A DNA stretch of 64,000 nucleotides from Actinomycetota bacterium (GCA_947451045.1 CANFXM010000001.1:5793-69792); one strand, 5' to 3'. Shown: positions 20,935 through 31,826, counted from the stretch's first letter. The notes: generated by a model from the sequence alone, not told the origin. Numbers and translations: made by a program.

Positions 20935-21600
20935 GTGCACGTTGTCATTATGGGTTGCGGTCGAGTCGGCTCATCTTTAGCCCTCGAATTAGAAGCATCA
21001 GGACATAGCGTTGCAATCATTGATCAAGCGCGTGAAGCATTTCGTCGCCTAGGACCAAATTTCAAAGGTCAGACAGTCAATGGTGTTGGCTTTGATCGCG
21101 ATACTTTATTGGAAGCCGGAATTGAAAAGGCAGACGCATTTGCAGCAGTGAGTAATGGTGATAACTCAAATATTTTGGCCGCACGCGTTGCTCGCGAAAC
21201 CTATGGAATCAAAAACACTGTAGCTCGTATTTATGATCCAGGACGAGCTGAAATTTATCAGCGCCTCGGTATACCAACTGTTGCAACGGTTATTTGGGCA
21301 ACAGATCAAATTTTACGTCGCATCGTGCCTGAAGGTTCACGTTCTGAATGGCGCGATGCAACCGGAACTGTTCAATTAGCAGAGATGCACCCACATGCGA
21401 GTTGGTATGGAACTCCTGCACTTTCAATTGATCAAATTACTCCAGCACGCGTTGCATTTATCACGCGCCTTGGTGAAGCACTTATTCCAACCGAACATAC
21501 AGTTTTGCAAGAAGGAGATCTCTTGCATGTGATGGTTCTTGATTCTGATCTTGCTGAAGCAGAGCATGCGCTAGCCCACTCACCGGATGAGGCATCATGA
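20935..21600 (+). CDS. trkA: TrkA/KTN (RCK) potassium uptake regulatory subunit (CeoB-like)
   Basis: GCGRVG nucleotide-binding motif, RCK_N and RCK_C domains. Confidence 0.88.
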   Translation: MHVVIMGCGRVGSSLALELEASGHSVAIIDQAREAFRRLGPNFKGQTVNGVGFDRDTLLEAGIEKADAFAAVSNGDNSNILAARVARETYGIKNTVARIYDPGRAEIYQRLGIPTVATVIWATDQILRRIVPEGSRSEWRDATGTVQLAEMHPHASWYGTPALSIDQITPARVAFITRLGEALIPTEHTVLQEGDLLHVMVLDSDLAEAEHALAHSPDEAS

Positions 21601-22256
21601 GAATTGCAATTGCTGGAGCTGGAAATGTTGGACGCGCTATCGCTCGCGAACTTCTAGATAACGGTCATCAGGTATTACTCATCGATCGAGACCCTAAAGC
21701 ACTCAAAATGGAGAGTGTGCCTGATGCTGAATGGTTGATGGCTGATGCTTGCGAAATCACAGCACTCGATAATGCCAAATTAGATAATTGCCAGGTTCTT
21801 GTTGCTGCTACTGGGGATGACAAAGTAAATCTTGTTACATCACTTCTTGCAAAGACTGAATATGGTGTTCCACGCGTTGTTGCTCGTATCAATCATCCAA
21901 AGAATGAATGGCTCTTTGATTCTTCTTGGGGTGTTGATGTGGCTGTATCTACGCCTCGAATTATTTCTGCTCTCGTTGAAGAGGCAGTATCTGTTGGCGA
22001 TGTTGTTCGACTCTTCTCATTCAAAAAGGGTCAAGCCAATTTAGTCGAACTCACTTTGCCTGATACTTCATCTTGTATTGGTAAGACTGTAGAAGAGATT
22101 GAATTACCTGATGATGCCGCACTCGCTGCAATAGTTCGCGATGGCCGAGTTATCACCGCTAAAGCACATGACGTATTTGTCGCTGGCGATGAACTACTTT
22201 TTGTCGCATCAAGTGCAGCTGAAGATAAAATCAAAGCCTGCTTTATCAATAACTAA
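21597..22256 (+). CDS. trkA: Second TrkA/RCK subunit (CeoC-like)
   Basis: GAGNVG, ATGDDKVN, RCK_C; ATGA overlap with the previous gene. Confidence 0.88.
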   Translation: MRIAIAGAGNVGRAIARELLDNGHQVLLIDRDPKALKMESVPDAEWLMADACEITALDNAKLDNCQVLVAATGDDKVNLVTSLLAKTEYGVPRVVARINHPKNEWLFDSSWGVDVAVSTPRIISALVEEAVSVGDVVRLFSFKKGQANLVELTLPDTSSCIGKTVEEIELPDDAALAAIVRDGRVITAKAHDVFVAGDELLFVASSAAEDKIKACFINN

Positions 22257-22864
22257 TCAGCTTTTACTGTTGGAACTTTCTTTACGATCAGCCACGTGCC
22301 CCATGCTGTTGCTAGAAATAATGGGTAACCCATCGCCAAATTCACGGTGCCAAGAAGATTCACATTTCCACTTCGATAAATTGGATATTGGACAGCAATG
22401 CGACCAAAGAAAAGAGTGACCCACAACCAGCCTGCTCTTTTATAAGCAGCTTTACGTTCTGGGTTATTGCGCCACAGTAAATTTTCACCAAGTAGCGGCC
22501 CCAAGATAAGTCCCAATATCGGCCAGCCTGCAAGGTTTGCAATCAAATACGCACTGCCATAGCCCAAGTTGGTCAGTAATTTTGGAATATAAAAATCGGA
22601 TGCATTGCCACTTTTGTTTGCAAGATAGGCACAAAAAAGAACACCGATGAGCCCCGATATCACATGTTGAATAGTGTCGCGTTTAGCCAATCGAATAATC
22701 GTGAGAAGCACCGAGGTTACAACTGCTACATATAAAGCTTTGTGTAAATTATGAGTAACGTTGAAAGCAATCAGAAAAAGTAGTGAAGGCAGACCAGAAT
22801 CTAATATGCCCTTTGTACCGCCCAAAGCATGGAGAATTTTTGCTTTGTCATCTTTGTCTTCCAT
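22253..22864 (-). CDS. DUF3159 family membrane protein
   Basis: LGG..G..DS.LP..F, PLLGE...WR, MGYPL; syntenic with trkA-dut. Confidence 0.82.
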   Translation of the reverse strand: MEDKDDKAKILHALGGTKGILDSGLPSLLFLIAFNVTHNLHKALYVAVVTSVLLTIIRLAKRDTIQHVISGLIGVLFCAYLANKSGNASDFYIPKLLTNLGYGSAYLIANLAGWPILGLILGPLLGENLLWRNNPERKAAYKRAGWLWVTLFFGRIAVQYPIYRSGNVNLLGTVNLAMGYPLFLATAWGTWLIVKKVPTVKAD

Positions 22865-23319
22865 TAGCCCTCGCTCTTTACGCCAGTAGATCCGAATCCG
22901 CCAGCACCGCGACCGGAACCAGGTAGTTCACTTACTTCAACAAAATTAGCGCGTTCGACTTTTTGAATTACCAATTGAGCGATTCGATCTCCGCGTTTGA
23001 AAGTAATTGATTCTTTTGGATCGTGGTTTATCAAAATGCATTGCAACTCACCACGAAAGCCTGCATCCACCGTTCCGGGGGCATTGACCATCGTTACGCC
23101 ATGTTTGATAGCCAAACCTGAGCGAGGGTGTACAAATGCGGCATATCCATCGGGAAGTGCTATCGCGATTCCAGTTGGCGCAAGTACGCGCTCTCCCGGT
23201 GCAAGAGTGATATCAATTCGGGTAACAATATCGGCACCAGCATCTCCACCTTTTGCATAGTGTGGAAGCGGAACTCCTGGATCTAAGCGAGTAATGAGAA
23301 CATCAACAGAATTTTTCAT
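22864..23319 (-). CDS. dut: dUTP diphosphatase
   Basis: AGAD, PRSGLA, PGTVDAGFRGE, RIAQL, RGAGGFGSTG. Confidence 0.96.
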   Translation of the reverse strand: MKNSVDVLITRLDPGVPLPHYAKGGDAGADIVTRIDITLAPGERVLAPTGIAIALPDGYAAFVHPRSGLAIKHGVTMVNAPGTVDAGFRGELQCILINHDPKESITFKRGDRIAQLVIQKVERANFVEVSELPGSGRGAGGFGSTGVKSEG

Positions 23320-23900
23320 GGATTAATTTCAAACTCCGGATCAACAAATGCGAGCAACTCAGGATGTGCAGAAATATATTCCAAATACTCTTTTGGAGCA
23401 TTTTCTAGAAAATGGCTCATTGGGACGATAACAAAAAGTGCAGCAGCTTTTACAGCAATTTCTCCATCGGGTGAATTCAGGCGACCTTCTGCTTCGCAAT
23501 AAACTTTTCTGCTTACTTGCCCAGTGATGCGTGCTGAAATATGAATTGTTGTTCCCATTGGTACGGGGCGTAAGAAATCAGTTTCCAATCGTGCAGTTAC
23601 TGCAGGTGCACGAAGTAACCACATAAGTTTTCCGAGTGCTTCATCAAATGCCAAGGAGAGCAATCCCCCGTGAGCAAGTCCCGGAGCGCCTTGGTGATTT
23701 TCAGTGACAGTAAATTCCGCCGTGAGATTTGCGCCATCACCGGCATGTGCTACTAAATGTAAACCCGTTGGATGAAGTTCACCGCAACCAAAACAATGTC
23801 CAAAGTGGGAAGGAATTTTTGAACCAATAGGTGGCGCTTTCGGATGTCGATCCGGAATGAGTGCACCTTCGGGGGGTGTTGTGCTGGCAACCCGACTCAT
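23316..23900 (-). CDS. PaaI family thioesterase (hot-dog fold)
   Basis: CFGCG, HQGAPGLAHGG...AFDEALG, VTARLE. Confidence 0.85.
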   Translation of the reverse strand: MSRVASTTPPEGALIPDRHPKAPPIGSKIPSHFGHCFGCGELHPTGLHLVAHAGDGANLTAEFTVTENHQGAPGLAHGGLLSLAFDEALGKLMWLLRAPAVTARLETDFLRPVPMGTTIHISARITGQVSRKVYCEAEGRLNSPDGEIAVKAAALFVIVPMSHFLENAPKEYLEYISAHPELLAFVDPEFEINP

Positions 23901-23941
23901 ATGGAAAGGTTACTCGATGAGTATCCGATAGCGTAATACCT

Positions 23942-24373
23942 ATGCAATTTCGAGAAGTGATTAGTGCCCCACTGTGGCTCATTGCTTTCGTTTACTTCTT
24001 ATTTCTCTCCCTCGTGCTCGCAATTTGGGCGGCGTTGGGAGATATGCCAGCCTTGATAATTTTGATTGCCCTCACGGCAGCATTATTTGTAATGTATCAA
24101 AAAACGAAACTTGTCATTGAATTAGATGAGTCAGAACTGCGAGTTGGCCCAGCTCATATTGAAAAAAAATATTGTGGACTAGCTACAACCCTTGATGAAA
24201 GTGCACTCAAACTTGTTCGAGGACGCGATGCTGATCCTGCTGCATATTTAGGGATTCGATTTTGGCAAGCAACGGGTGTAAAAATGCTTGTCAATGATTC
24301 GCGCGATAGAACGCCCTATTGGTTGATTACAAGTAAGCGCGGCCATGAATTGACCGCGCTACTCAATAAATAG
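23942..24373 (+). CDS. DUF3093 family protein
   Basis: Two N-terminal TM segments, L.VG.AHI, D..D.TPYWL.TS; adjacent to dut as in other actinobacteria. Confidence 0.82.
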   Translation: MQFREVISAPLWLIAFVYFLFLSLVLAIWAALGDMPALIILIALTAALFVMYQKTKLVIELDESELRVGPAHIEKKYCGLATTLDESALKLVRGRDADPAAYLGIRFWQATGVKMLVNDSRDRTPYWLITSKRGHELTALLNK

Positions 24374-24379
24374 AAAAGA

Positions 24380-24676
24380 TTATGCGCATTCCTTGCAAAC
24401 TGCTTTGGCACCTTCGCCACGTGCTAATTGCGTAATGTGATGCACTAAGAAACAACGCGAGCAAGCAAATTCATCAACTTGCTTTGGTACAACACGTACT
24501 GCTAACTCTTCACCTGATAAATCTGCACCAGGTAATTCCAAAGTTTCAGCTGCTTCTGCTTCATCAACATCAATCTGTCCGGATTGAGCATCCACTCGTT
24601 GGGCTTTAAGTTCTTCTAATGACTCTTCATGGAGTTCCTCATCAGTCTTTCTGGGTGTGTCGTAATCTGTTGCCAC
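24380..24676 (-). CDS. DUF4193 family protein
   Basis: MATDYD.PR, LPGADLSGEEL.V.V.PKQ.DEF.CS.CFLV.H. Start placed at GTG 24676. Confidence 0.85.
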   Translation of the reverse strand: MATDYDTPRKTDEELHEESLEELKAQRVDAQSGQIDVDEAEAAETLELPGADLSGEELAVRVVPKQVDEFACSRCFLVHHITQLARGEGAKAVCKECA

Positions 24677-24796
24677 TGCTCTCACCTACTTCCATACAAT
24701 TGATCTGGAAGAAAACTTCTCCCAACGGGCGCACTATGGCCTATTTCGCCAATCTCTGCTTGATAGAACAGTCGGCGTGTCGCCTTTATTCCACTT

Positions 24797-26260
24797 TTAT
24801 CGCTGAATTTGAGCAATTTGCTCAGCTAATCCACCATCTACACGCGCATGTATCGCCGTACCTTCAGGGAGATATTCCTCACTCAGGATCTCTCCGTGCT
24901 CATGTATGGCGTGAACTAAATCTCCTCGTTCATAGGGAATCGTTGTTGTGATCTCTATTTTTGGTCGTGGAAGTGAACTTTCAATTGCATCTACTAGTCC
25001 TTCAATACCAAAACCCGTGCGAACTGAGAATGCATAACTGTTCTTCTCTTTGCGCAATATAGACATCACAATTTCTGGATTAGCAATATCTACTTTATTG
25101 ATCGCAATTATTTCCGGTATGTCTCCCCCGCCAATTTCATTGATTACTTCTCGTACCGCGCGGATCTGTTCAAATGGATCAGAGTGAGAACCATCGACAA
25201 CGTGCACAATTAAATCTGCGCCAGATACTTCTTCGAGTGTTGATTTAAAAGCATCAATGAGTTGATGTGGAAGATGTCGAACGAAACCTACTGTGTCTGA
25301 AAGAGTGTAGATACGTCCATCACTTGTTTGATTTTTTCGAACAGTTGGATCCAGCGTGGCAAAAAGTGCATTTTCTACAAGAACGCCAGCGTTGGTGAGT
25401 TTATTGAGCAGTGATGATTTTCCAGCATTGGTATAACCAGCGATTGCAACAGAGGGAATATTGTGACGCTTGCGTTCTTGTCGCTTGGTATCACGCGAGA
25501 CCTTCATCTCGGCAATTTCTCCACGTAGTTTTGCCATCTTGTCACGAATACGGCGACGATCAGTTTCAATCTTAGTTTCACCAGGTCCGCGACCACCGAT
25601 ACCAGCACCACCGGCGGCGCGGCCACCAACCTGACGTGAAAGTGAATCACCCCAACCTCGAAGTCGTGGCAACAAGTATGCAATTTGAGCAAGCTCTACC
25701 TGTGCTTTACCTTCTTTACTCTTTGCATGTTGCGCAAAAATATCCAAAATCAATGCAGTGCGATCTACTACTTTTACTTTTAGTTTTTCTTCCAGTTGGC
25801 GCAATTGAGAAGGTGATAGCTCACCATCACAAATAACTGTGTCTGCTCCTGTTGATGCAACTACTTGTCGTAACTCAATCACTTTTCCTGAACCAATATA
25901 TGTAGCAGGATCTGGTTTATCTCTGCGTTGAATTAATCCATCCAAAACTTCTGAACCCGCGGTTTCGGCAAGTGCTTTCAACTCTGCCAAAGAATTCTCT
26001 GCCATCTCGGCAGTACCTTCAGTCCAAACCCCCACAAGCACAACTCGTTCGAGTTGTAACTGACGATACTCAGCATCTGAAATATCTTGGAGTTCGGTAG
26101 AAAAACCTTTGACTCTTCGAAGCGCATGCCTATCTGCTAAATCTGGTTGTGAAGAAACTTCAAAATCACTCTCTTCTGAATCAAAATCTGCAGCTGCTCG
26201 AGCGCTCTCGCGCATGAGTTCCTCGAAATCAAGATCCTCGCGATTATCTTTACTCAACAA
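24797..26260 (-). CDS. hflX: Ribosome-splitting GTPase HflX
   Basis: ILDIFAQHA, GPGETKIETDRR, GYTNAGKSS, DTVGF, NKVD. Start is TTG 26260 or 26257. Confidence 0.95.
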   Translation of the reverse strand: MLSKDNREDLDFEELMRESARAAADFDSEESDFEVSSQPDLADRHALRRVKGFSTELQDISDAEYRQLQLERVVLVGVWTEGTAEMAENSLAELKALAETAGSEVLDGLIQRRDKPDPATYIGSGKVIELRQVVASTGADTVICDGELSPSQLRQLEEKLKVKVVDRTALILDIFAQHAKSKEGKAQVELAQIAYLLPRLRGWGDSLSRQVGGRAAGGAGIGGRGPGETKIETDRRRIRDKMAKLRGEIAEMKVSRDTKRQERKRHNIPSVAIAGYTNAGKSSLLNKLTNAGVLVENALFATLDPTVRKNQTSDGRIYTLSDTVGFVRHLPHQLIDAFKSTLEEVSGADLIVHVVDGSHSDPFEQIRAVREVINEIGGGDIPEIIAINKVDIANPEIVMSILRKEKNSYAFSVRTGFGIEGLVDAIESSLPRPKIEITTTIPYERGDLVHAIHEHGEILSEEYLPEGTAIHARVDGGLAEQIAQIQR

Positions 26261-27059
26261 GAAATCCAGATATATCGTGATCAGAAATTAGTACCGCCGG
26301 CCCAATCAGGGTTGCATTCGAATGAGCATCAATTTCAACTTCTAAACGACCACCTGGTGGATAAATGACCCACTTCGAAGGTAAACGTTCCTTTGAATAT
26401 AGGGATGCCGCAAGTGCAACTGCGCATGTTCCAGTTCCACACGAACGGGTTTCACCACTGCCACGTTCGAATACACGCATTTTTAATTCGTGATCACCCA
26501 TCACTTGGACGAACTCAACATTGACGCCTTCAGGATAAGCCTCCTTTGGTCGTACAACGGGAGCTTCATTCATAACTCCTACATGTGCAATGTCGTCAAC
26601 AAAAACAACAGCATGAGGATTTCCAACGCTAATTTTATATCCATTCCAAATATGCCCGTTAGTAGATGCTGTTATTGCTTCTTCTTCATCCGTTACTTGT
26701 CCCAGGTTGACCGAAATATCACCAGTCATAGGAACGCGTAAATGTTTGATTCCATCACGCGTATTGATTGCAAAAATTCCATCTTTTTCATGGCCTCGTT
26801 CTACTAAATATCTAGCCATCACGCGAATTCCATTACCGCACATTTCAGCCAGTGACCCATCAGAATTTCGATAATCCATAAACCACTTGCCATCGCGTTT
26901 GATGATTCGAATTAATCCGTCAGCACCTATTCCAGTTTCACGATTACATATGGCTGCAGTCTGGGCAGTTGTTATTGAGTAATCGTCGAGGGGATCAAAG
27001 AGAATTACAAAATCATTCTCAGTTCCGTGGCCATATGTTGCCATCAATGAAGTATCCAT
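26250..27059 (-). CDS. dapF: Diaminopimelate epimerase
   Basis: GHGTENDF, EMCGNG, GNPH, NVEF, ERG.GET.SCGTG. Confidence 0.94.
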   Translation of the reverse strand: MDTSLMATYGHGTENDFVILFDPLDDYSITTAQTAAICNRETGIGADGLIRIIKRDGKWFMDYRNSDGSLAEMCGNGIRVMARYLVERGHEKDGIFAINTRDGIKHLRVPMTGDISVNLGQVTDEEEAITASTNGHIWNGYKISVGNPHAVVFVDDIAHVGVMNEAPVVRPKEAYPEGVNVEFVQVMGDHELKMRVFERGSGETRSCGTGTCAVALAASLYSKERLPSKWVIYPPGGRLEVEIDAHSNATLIGPAVLISDHDISGFLVE

Positions 27060-27080
27060 ATATGTTCGCAGTTTACTTCT

Positions 27081-27983
27081 TTAGCGTGAGGCAAGCACTT
27101 CCATTACGCGCTCAAGTCGAGGTTGAGTTGGAGAAATCCATTGGATTCGTTCATCTCTTGAGAACCAGGTCTCTTGCCTACGCGCATATTGACGAGTTGC
27201 TCTCTTAGTATCTTCTTTCGCTTCATCCTCAGAAATCGTGCCATTGAGTAAAGCAACTATTTGAGAATATCCCAGGGCTAATTGAGAAGTTCTTCCCTCC
27301 AACATCCCATTAGCGATACAGGCTCTTACTTCTTCGATAAATCCTAATTGCCACATTTTCTCAACGCGCGCATCAATTCGATCTATCAGATGGTCGCGTT
27401 CCATCACTAATCCAAATTGCATCGCCTTTGGATAGCGCGAACTTTCCTCTCGTGGAAGATTTGCAGTGAAAGGCTTGCCTGTAATTTCAATGACTTCAAG
27501 TGCTCGAATAACACGTCGCAAATTTGCACGATCAATAGCAATCGCTGCGGCAGGGTCGAGTTTTTCTAGACGAGAAAATAGCGCATCTCCACCAATTCGC
27601 TCCGCCTCGATTTCCAAAGATTTACGAATCATTGGATCGGTATCAGGAAAATTGAGCTCATCCAAAATTGATTTAATATAAAGGCCAGTCCCGCCAACAA
27701 TGACTACATTCTTACCTTGTGAATGTATTTCATTAACTTTTTCACGGGCCAGCCCCTGATACCAGGCAACAGTTGAATCTTTGGAAACGTCCAAGATATC
27801 TAATAAATGGTGTTCGATACCACCACGTTCAGCAATGGATAGTTTTGCAGTACCAATATTCATGCCTTTATAAATTTGCATCGAATCTGCATTGATAATC
27901 TGTGCATCAATTTCTTGTGCTACTTGAATTGCAAGTTCACTCTTACCTGTCGCTGTTGCTCCAGCTATAACAATTATTTCCAT
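27081..27983 (-). CDS. miaA: tRNA dimethylallyltransferase
   Basis: GATATGKS, DSMQIY, VGGTGLY, YARRQ.TWF. Confidence 0.95.
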   Translation of the reverse strand: MEIIVIAGATATGKSELAIQVAQEIDAQIINADSMQIYKGMNIGTAKLSIAERGGIEHHLLDILDVSKDSTVAWYQGLAREKVNEIHSQGKNVVIVGGTGLYIKSILDELNFPDTDPMIRKSLEIEAERIGGDALFSRLEKLDPAAAIAIDRANLRRVIRALEVIEITGKPFTANLPREESSRYPKAMQFGLVMERDHLIDRIDARVEKMWQLGFIEEVRACIANGMLEGRTSQLALGYSQIVALLNGTISEDEAKEDTKRATRQYARRQETWFSRDERIQWISPTQPRLERVMEVLASR

Positions 27984-29401
27984 TAGCGAACAGTCGGCAT
28001 ACCCAGAAGCAAAGCCTCTTTTATATTCTCTTTAGTGCGGGCTTCGTGAGAATCGCCTCCTCGAGTACTGCGAACAAATCCTGCATCACCGATGAGGTAG
28101 TGCGCGGATGCCTCTTTGATTATCACGTCAACAATATCTCCGGGACGGGCAGTACTCTCGTTACCAAAATGAACTAATCTGAAATCTTCACTTCGGCCAG
28201 TGAGTCGCGATTGGGCAGTATCTCGTCGGCCTTCGTAATCTGCCACAAGTACCTTCATGGATTTGCCAATTGCCTCTTTATTTACTGATAACGAAATTCC
28301 TTGCTGATGTTCGTGCAATCTTGTATAGCGCTCTCCCACAACTTCTGGCGAAACTTGGTCAGGCATTGTTGCAGCGGGCGTTCCTGGTCGTTTTGAATAT
28401 TGATATGTGTAAGCAGCAGCAAATCTAGCTTCTGTGCAGATATCTAGTGTGGCTTGAAAGTCTTCTTCGCTCTCACCGGGGAAACCAACAATAATGTCAG
28501 TCGTAATTGATGAATGTGGAATTGATTCGCGCACTCGATCAAGAATTCCTAAGTAGCGATCGGTTCTATATGAGCGGCGCATTGTCTGCAAAATACGATC
28601 AGAACCAGACTGTAACGGCATATGTAAATGTGGCATCGCATTAGGGGTTTGTGCCATAGCCTCGATGACATCGTCAGTGAAATCGCGTGGGTGTGGCGAC
28701 ATAAATCGAACTCTTTCAAGTCCATCAATCTTTCCGCATTCGCGTATCAGGTTTGCAAATGCTCCTCTATCACCAAAATCAACACCGTAGGCATTCACGT
28801 TTTGACCCAGCAGGGTTACTTCAATAACGCCTTGATCAACTAAGGCGCGAACTTCTTTGAGAATATCTACCGCAGGACGATCTTTTTCGATTCCACGCAG
28901 TGTGGGAACTATGCAAAATGTACAGGTGTTGTTGCATCCAACTGAAACAGAAACCCACGAAGAGAATGCAGAGAGGCGACGTGCTGGAAGCGTTGAAGGG
29001 AAATGTTCAAGTGATTCAAGAATTTCTATCTGCGACTCTTCTTCAACACGAGCACGCTCTAGAAGAACTGGAAGTGATCCGACATTGTGTGTTCCAAAGA
29101 CGACATCAACATAGGGAGCTTTCTTGAGAATTGTCGCCTGATCTTTTTGGGCAAGACAACCTCCGACTGCGATTTGCATCTTTGGATTGAGTTTTTTGAT
29201 CGGTGCTAGGAAACTCAGATTTCCATAGAGTTTATTATCTGCATTCTCGCGAACCGCACATGTATTGAAAACAACAATGTCAGCTTGCTCACCTACTTGA
29301 ACTGGAATAAATCCTGCCTCATCAAGGAGTCCTGCGATTCGTTCAGAGTCGTGCACATTCATCTGACAGCCATAGGTTTCGACTGTGTAGGTGCGCGTCA
29401 T
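27983..29401 (-). CDS. miaB: tRNA-2-methylthio-N6-dimethylallyladenosine synthase
   Basis: TYGCQMN.HDSE, radical [12 protein letters not shown]-terminal TRAM domain. Confidence 0.95.
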   Translation of the reverse strand: MTRTYTVETYGCQMNVHDSERIAGLLDEAGFIPVQVGEQADIVVFNTCAVRENADNKLYGNLSFLAPIKKLNPKMQIAVGGCLAQKDQATILKKAPYVDVVFGTHNVGSLPVLLERARVEEESQIEILESLEHFPSTLPARRLSAFSSWVSVSVGCNNTCTFCIVPTLRGIEKDRPAVDILKEVRALVDQGVIEVTLLGQNVNAYGVDFGDRGAFANLIRECGKIDGLERVRFMSPHPRDFTDDVIEAMAQTPNAMPHLHMPLQSGSDRILQTMRRSYRTDRYLGILDRVRESIPHSSITTDIIVGFPGESEEDFQATLDICTEARFAAAYTYQYSKRPGTPAATMPDQVSPEVVGERYTRLHEHQQGISLSVNKEAIGKSMKVLVADYEGRRDTAQSRLTGRSEDFRLVHFGNESTARPGDIVDVIIKEASAHYLIGDAGFVRSTRGGDSHEARTKENIKEALLLGMPTVR

Positions 29402-29422
29402 GACACCATCGTAACGTGAGAG

Positions 29423-30163
29423 TTAGTGGGTAATAACCTGAGTCTGGAAATTCGAACGATCAACGACGAGACTGTGATGGTTCTCAAGTGTTATCCACCC
29501 TGGCTGGTTCCAGCCACTTGATGCCACAAGCACACCTTCGCTATCGGCGCGATATTTGATTTCATAATAATCATTTGGTGCCCAATCGGGCTTCTTCTCA
29601 GGTTGGAACTCGCTCACAACCACAAAAGTATCTTCATTCATTATCATCGCATTAATACTTGAAAATTTTGCATGCTCTTTGATTAAACCAATTGTTGAAC
29701 TTATTCCTTTTACCATTCCATGCTTTTCAATTTCTGTAAGCAGTAGATAGAAATATTTTTCGCTATCAGTTGTGCCTGCTATGAATTCAAAAAACTTTGG
29801 ATCAATCAGATGATCTAATCCTGTTGCTGGAAAAATTCCACCATTGTGAATAAATGAATAATCTTTATAAGTAAATGGATGTGTGTTGTTCTCATTGATT
29901 GGCAACCCTGCAGTTGCCCATCGCAAATGTAAAAGTCCACCATCAGTAGTTGTCTGCGCTAGTGTTTTACTAAAATTCTCACTCGTTGCAGCGGTTTCAG
30001 GTGCTCGACTCAACGTAGCTGCATGGGCATCGTGATCAATAGTGGCTATGCCCCAGCCATCGCAGTGAACTGATGACAATGAGATGAATTCTTTAAAATC
30101 TTTGCCTACTAACGCGTCAAAATTGGTTTTTTCGTGCGACACGTAGCCCATAAGTCTGCACAT
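29423..30163 (-). CDS. Class II (Ntn) glutamine amidotransferase, YafJ/EgtC-like
   Basis: The start must be ATG 30163 to give the N-terminal nucleophile Cys (MCRL); H.DGWG, HLRWAT, HPF, HNG, GTTDSE. Confidence 0.85.
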   Translation of the reverse strand: MCRLMGYVSHEKTNFDALVGKDFKEFISLSSVHCDGWGIATIDHDAHAATLSRAPETAATSENFSKTLAQTTTDGGLLHLRWATAGLPINENNTHPFTYKDYSFIHNGGIFPATGLDHLIDPKFFEFIAGTTDSEKYFYLLLTEIEKHGMVKGISSTIGLIKEHAKFSSINAMIMNEDTFVVVSEFQPEKKPDWAPNDYYEIKYRADSEGVLVASSGWNQPGWITLENHHSLVVDRSNFQTQVITH

Positions 30164-30265
30164 TTTTGTAAAAACCTCTTCCATTTACGTCACACTGTGA
30201 GTACAAAGGTTACCTCGGTGCCCCTCGCCGAACCAACTTACTCGCTATTTTCAAGGAGGAAAATC

Positions 30266-31813
30266 TTGGCGATTACAAATGATGACGAAAGACGTTTAGC
30301 AGAACTCGGATATAAGCAAGAGCTCAACAGAACGTGGAGCGGATTTTCAAACTTCGCTATCTCATTCTCAATTATTTCCATCCTGGCAGGTTGCTTTACA
30401 ACTTTTGCCCAGGCGTGGAATAACGGTGGACCAATTGCAATTTCAGTTGGTTGGCCAATTATTTCTCTCTTTATCCTTATTATCGGTTTCTGTATGTCAG
30501 AGCTTGCATCTGCATATCCAACATCAGGCGGTATCTACTGGTGGGCATCCAAGTTAGGTGGAGCAAAAGCTGGTTTCTATACTGGCTGGCTCAACCTCAT
30601 TGGTTTGGTATCAGTTACAGCGTCCGTTGGTTACGGAGCAGCAAGTTTCTTGAATGTAATTCTTGGGGCACAATTTCCAAGCTATGCCACTGATTTCTTG
30701 GGCGGCGACTACATCAAGCAACAATTCTTTCTCTTCGTAGCAATCATAATTTTTGTCACACTGATCAATGTGTATAGCGGTAATCTCCTATCGCTTTTCA
30801 ATAACATCTCTGTTTGGTGGCACATATTTGGTGCAGCAATCGTTATCGGAATCTTGATCTTTGCGCCATCTGAGCACCAATCACTCTCATGGATGTTTAC
30901 AACGAAGATCAACAGCTCAGGATTTAGCGATAACTCTTACTGGTTATACGTACTTCCATTGGGCTTGTTGATGACCCAGTACACAATTACTGGCTTCGAT
31001 GCATCTGCCCACCTCTCTGAAGAGACACATGATGCTCATCTCAATGCAGCACGTGGAATCTGGAAGTCAATCTTCTACTCAGCAATCGGTGGATACATCT
31101 TGCTGATGGCATTCCTCTTTGCAGCAACTAAGACTGATGTGATTAGTTCATTTGATCCAGCAGTTAACCCATTTGGTGGTGGATCTGTTATTGCTGTGCT
31201 CTATACAGCACTCGGTGGCGGCGCTCTCTTCAAGTTGGTCATGATCATCACAACTGCAGGGCAGATCTTCTGCGTAACAGCATGCCTTACTTCATGTTCA
31301 CGCATGATGTTCGCATTCTCACGCGATGGTGCTGTACCTGGAGGAAATCTTTGGAAGAAAGTTAATAAGCATCACGTACCTGTAAATGCAGTTCTTGCAT
31401 CTGCAATAGGTGGAGTTGCAATGACACTTCCAGCTTTGTGGAAGAGCCCAACAGGTGCACCAACTGCTTTCTATGCGGTTGTATCTGTTTGTGTAATCAG
31501 TCTTTACTTAGCATTTATGATTCCAATTTATCTACGTCTCAAGGCCGGATCTTCTTTCAAGCCTGGCGCATGGACTCTTGGATCTAAGTACAAGTGGATG
31601 TGCACACTTGCAGTAGCAGAAATTGCAATTATTTCTATCTACTTCATCTTGCCATTCTCACCAGCAGGTACTCCAGGAAATAAAGATTTCACCTGGACTG
31701 CAGTGAACTACGCACCACTTATTACTGGTGGAGCACTCATCATCTTGTGGATTTGGTGGCATCTATCGGCCAAGAAGTGGTTCACAGGACCAAAACGAAC
31801 AATTGATGCATAA
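30266..31813 (+). CDS. APC-superfamily amino acid/amine permease (GABA/polyamine permease-like)
   Basis: LGYKQEL.R....FSNFAISFS, YP.SGG.Y.W, GFDASAH.SEET, FSRDGA. Start TTG 30266 has SD AGGAGG at 30254-30259; the ORF track start at 30134 would overlap the divergent gene. Confidence 0.88.
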   Translation: MAITNDDERRLAELGYKQELNRTWSGFSNFAISFSIISILAGCFTTFAQAWNNGGPIAISVGWPIISLFILIIGFCMSELASAYPTSGGIYWWASKLGGAKAGFYTGWLNLIGLVSVTASVGYGAASFLNVILGAQFPSYATDFLGGDYIKQQFFLFVAIIIFVTLINVYSGNLLSLFNNISVWWHIFGAAIVIGILIFAPSEHQSLSWMFTTKINSSGFSDNSYWLYVLPLGLLMTQYTITGFDASAHLSEETHDAHLNAARGIWKSIFYSAIGGYILLMAFLFAATKTDVISSFDPAVNPFGGGSVIAVLYTALGGGALFKLVMIITTAGQIFCVTACLTSCSRMMFAFSRDGAVPGGNLWKKVNKHHVPVNAVLASAIGGVAMTLPALWKSPTGAPTAFYAVVSVCVISLYLAFMIPIYLRLKAGSSFKPGAWTLGSKYKWMCTLAVAEIAIISIYFILPFSPAGTPGNKDFTWTAVNYAPLITGGALIILWIWWHLSAKKWFTGPKRTIDA

Positions 31814-31826
31814 GTAATAGCACTTC

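Noticed and set aside
27053-27068. ATATGTTCG upstream of dapF as a LexA (SOS) box
   Set aside because: Only one half of CGAAC-N4-GTTCG is present.
30189-30213. GTCAC/GTTAC pentamers and TCACACTGTGA upstream of the permease as a GlnR or CRP site
   Set aside because: The pentamer spacing is 20 bp rather than 11 or 22, and the palindrome has the wrong orientation and spacing for CRP. Too weak to call.
30134-30265. Apparent overlap of the permease and the class II amidotransferase 5' ends
   Set aside because: This comes from longest-ORF calling. The supported starts (TTG 30266 with SD; ATG 30163 giving Cys2) leave a 102-bp divergent spacer.
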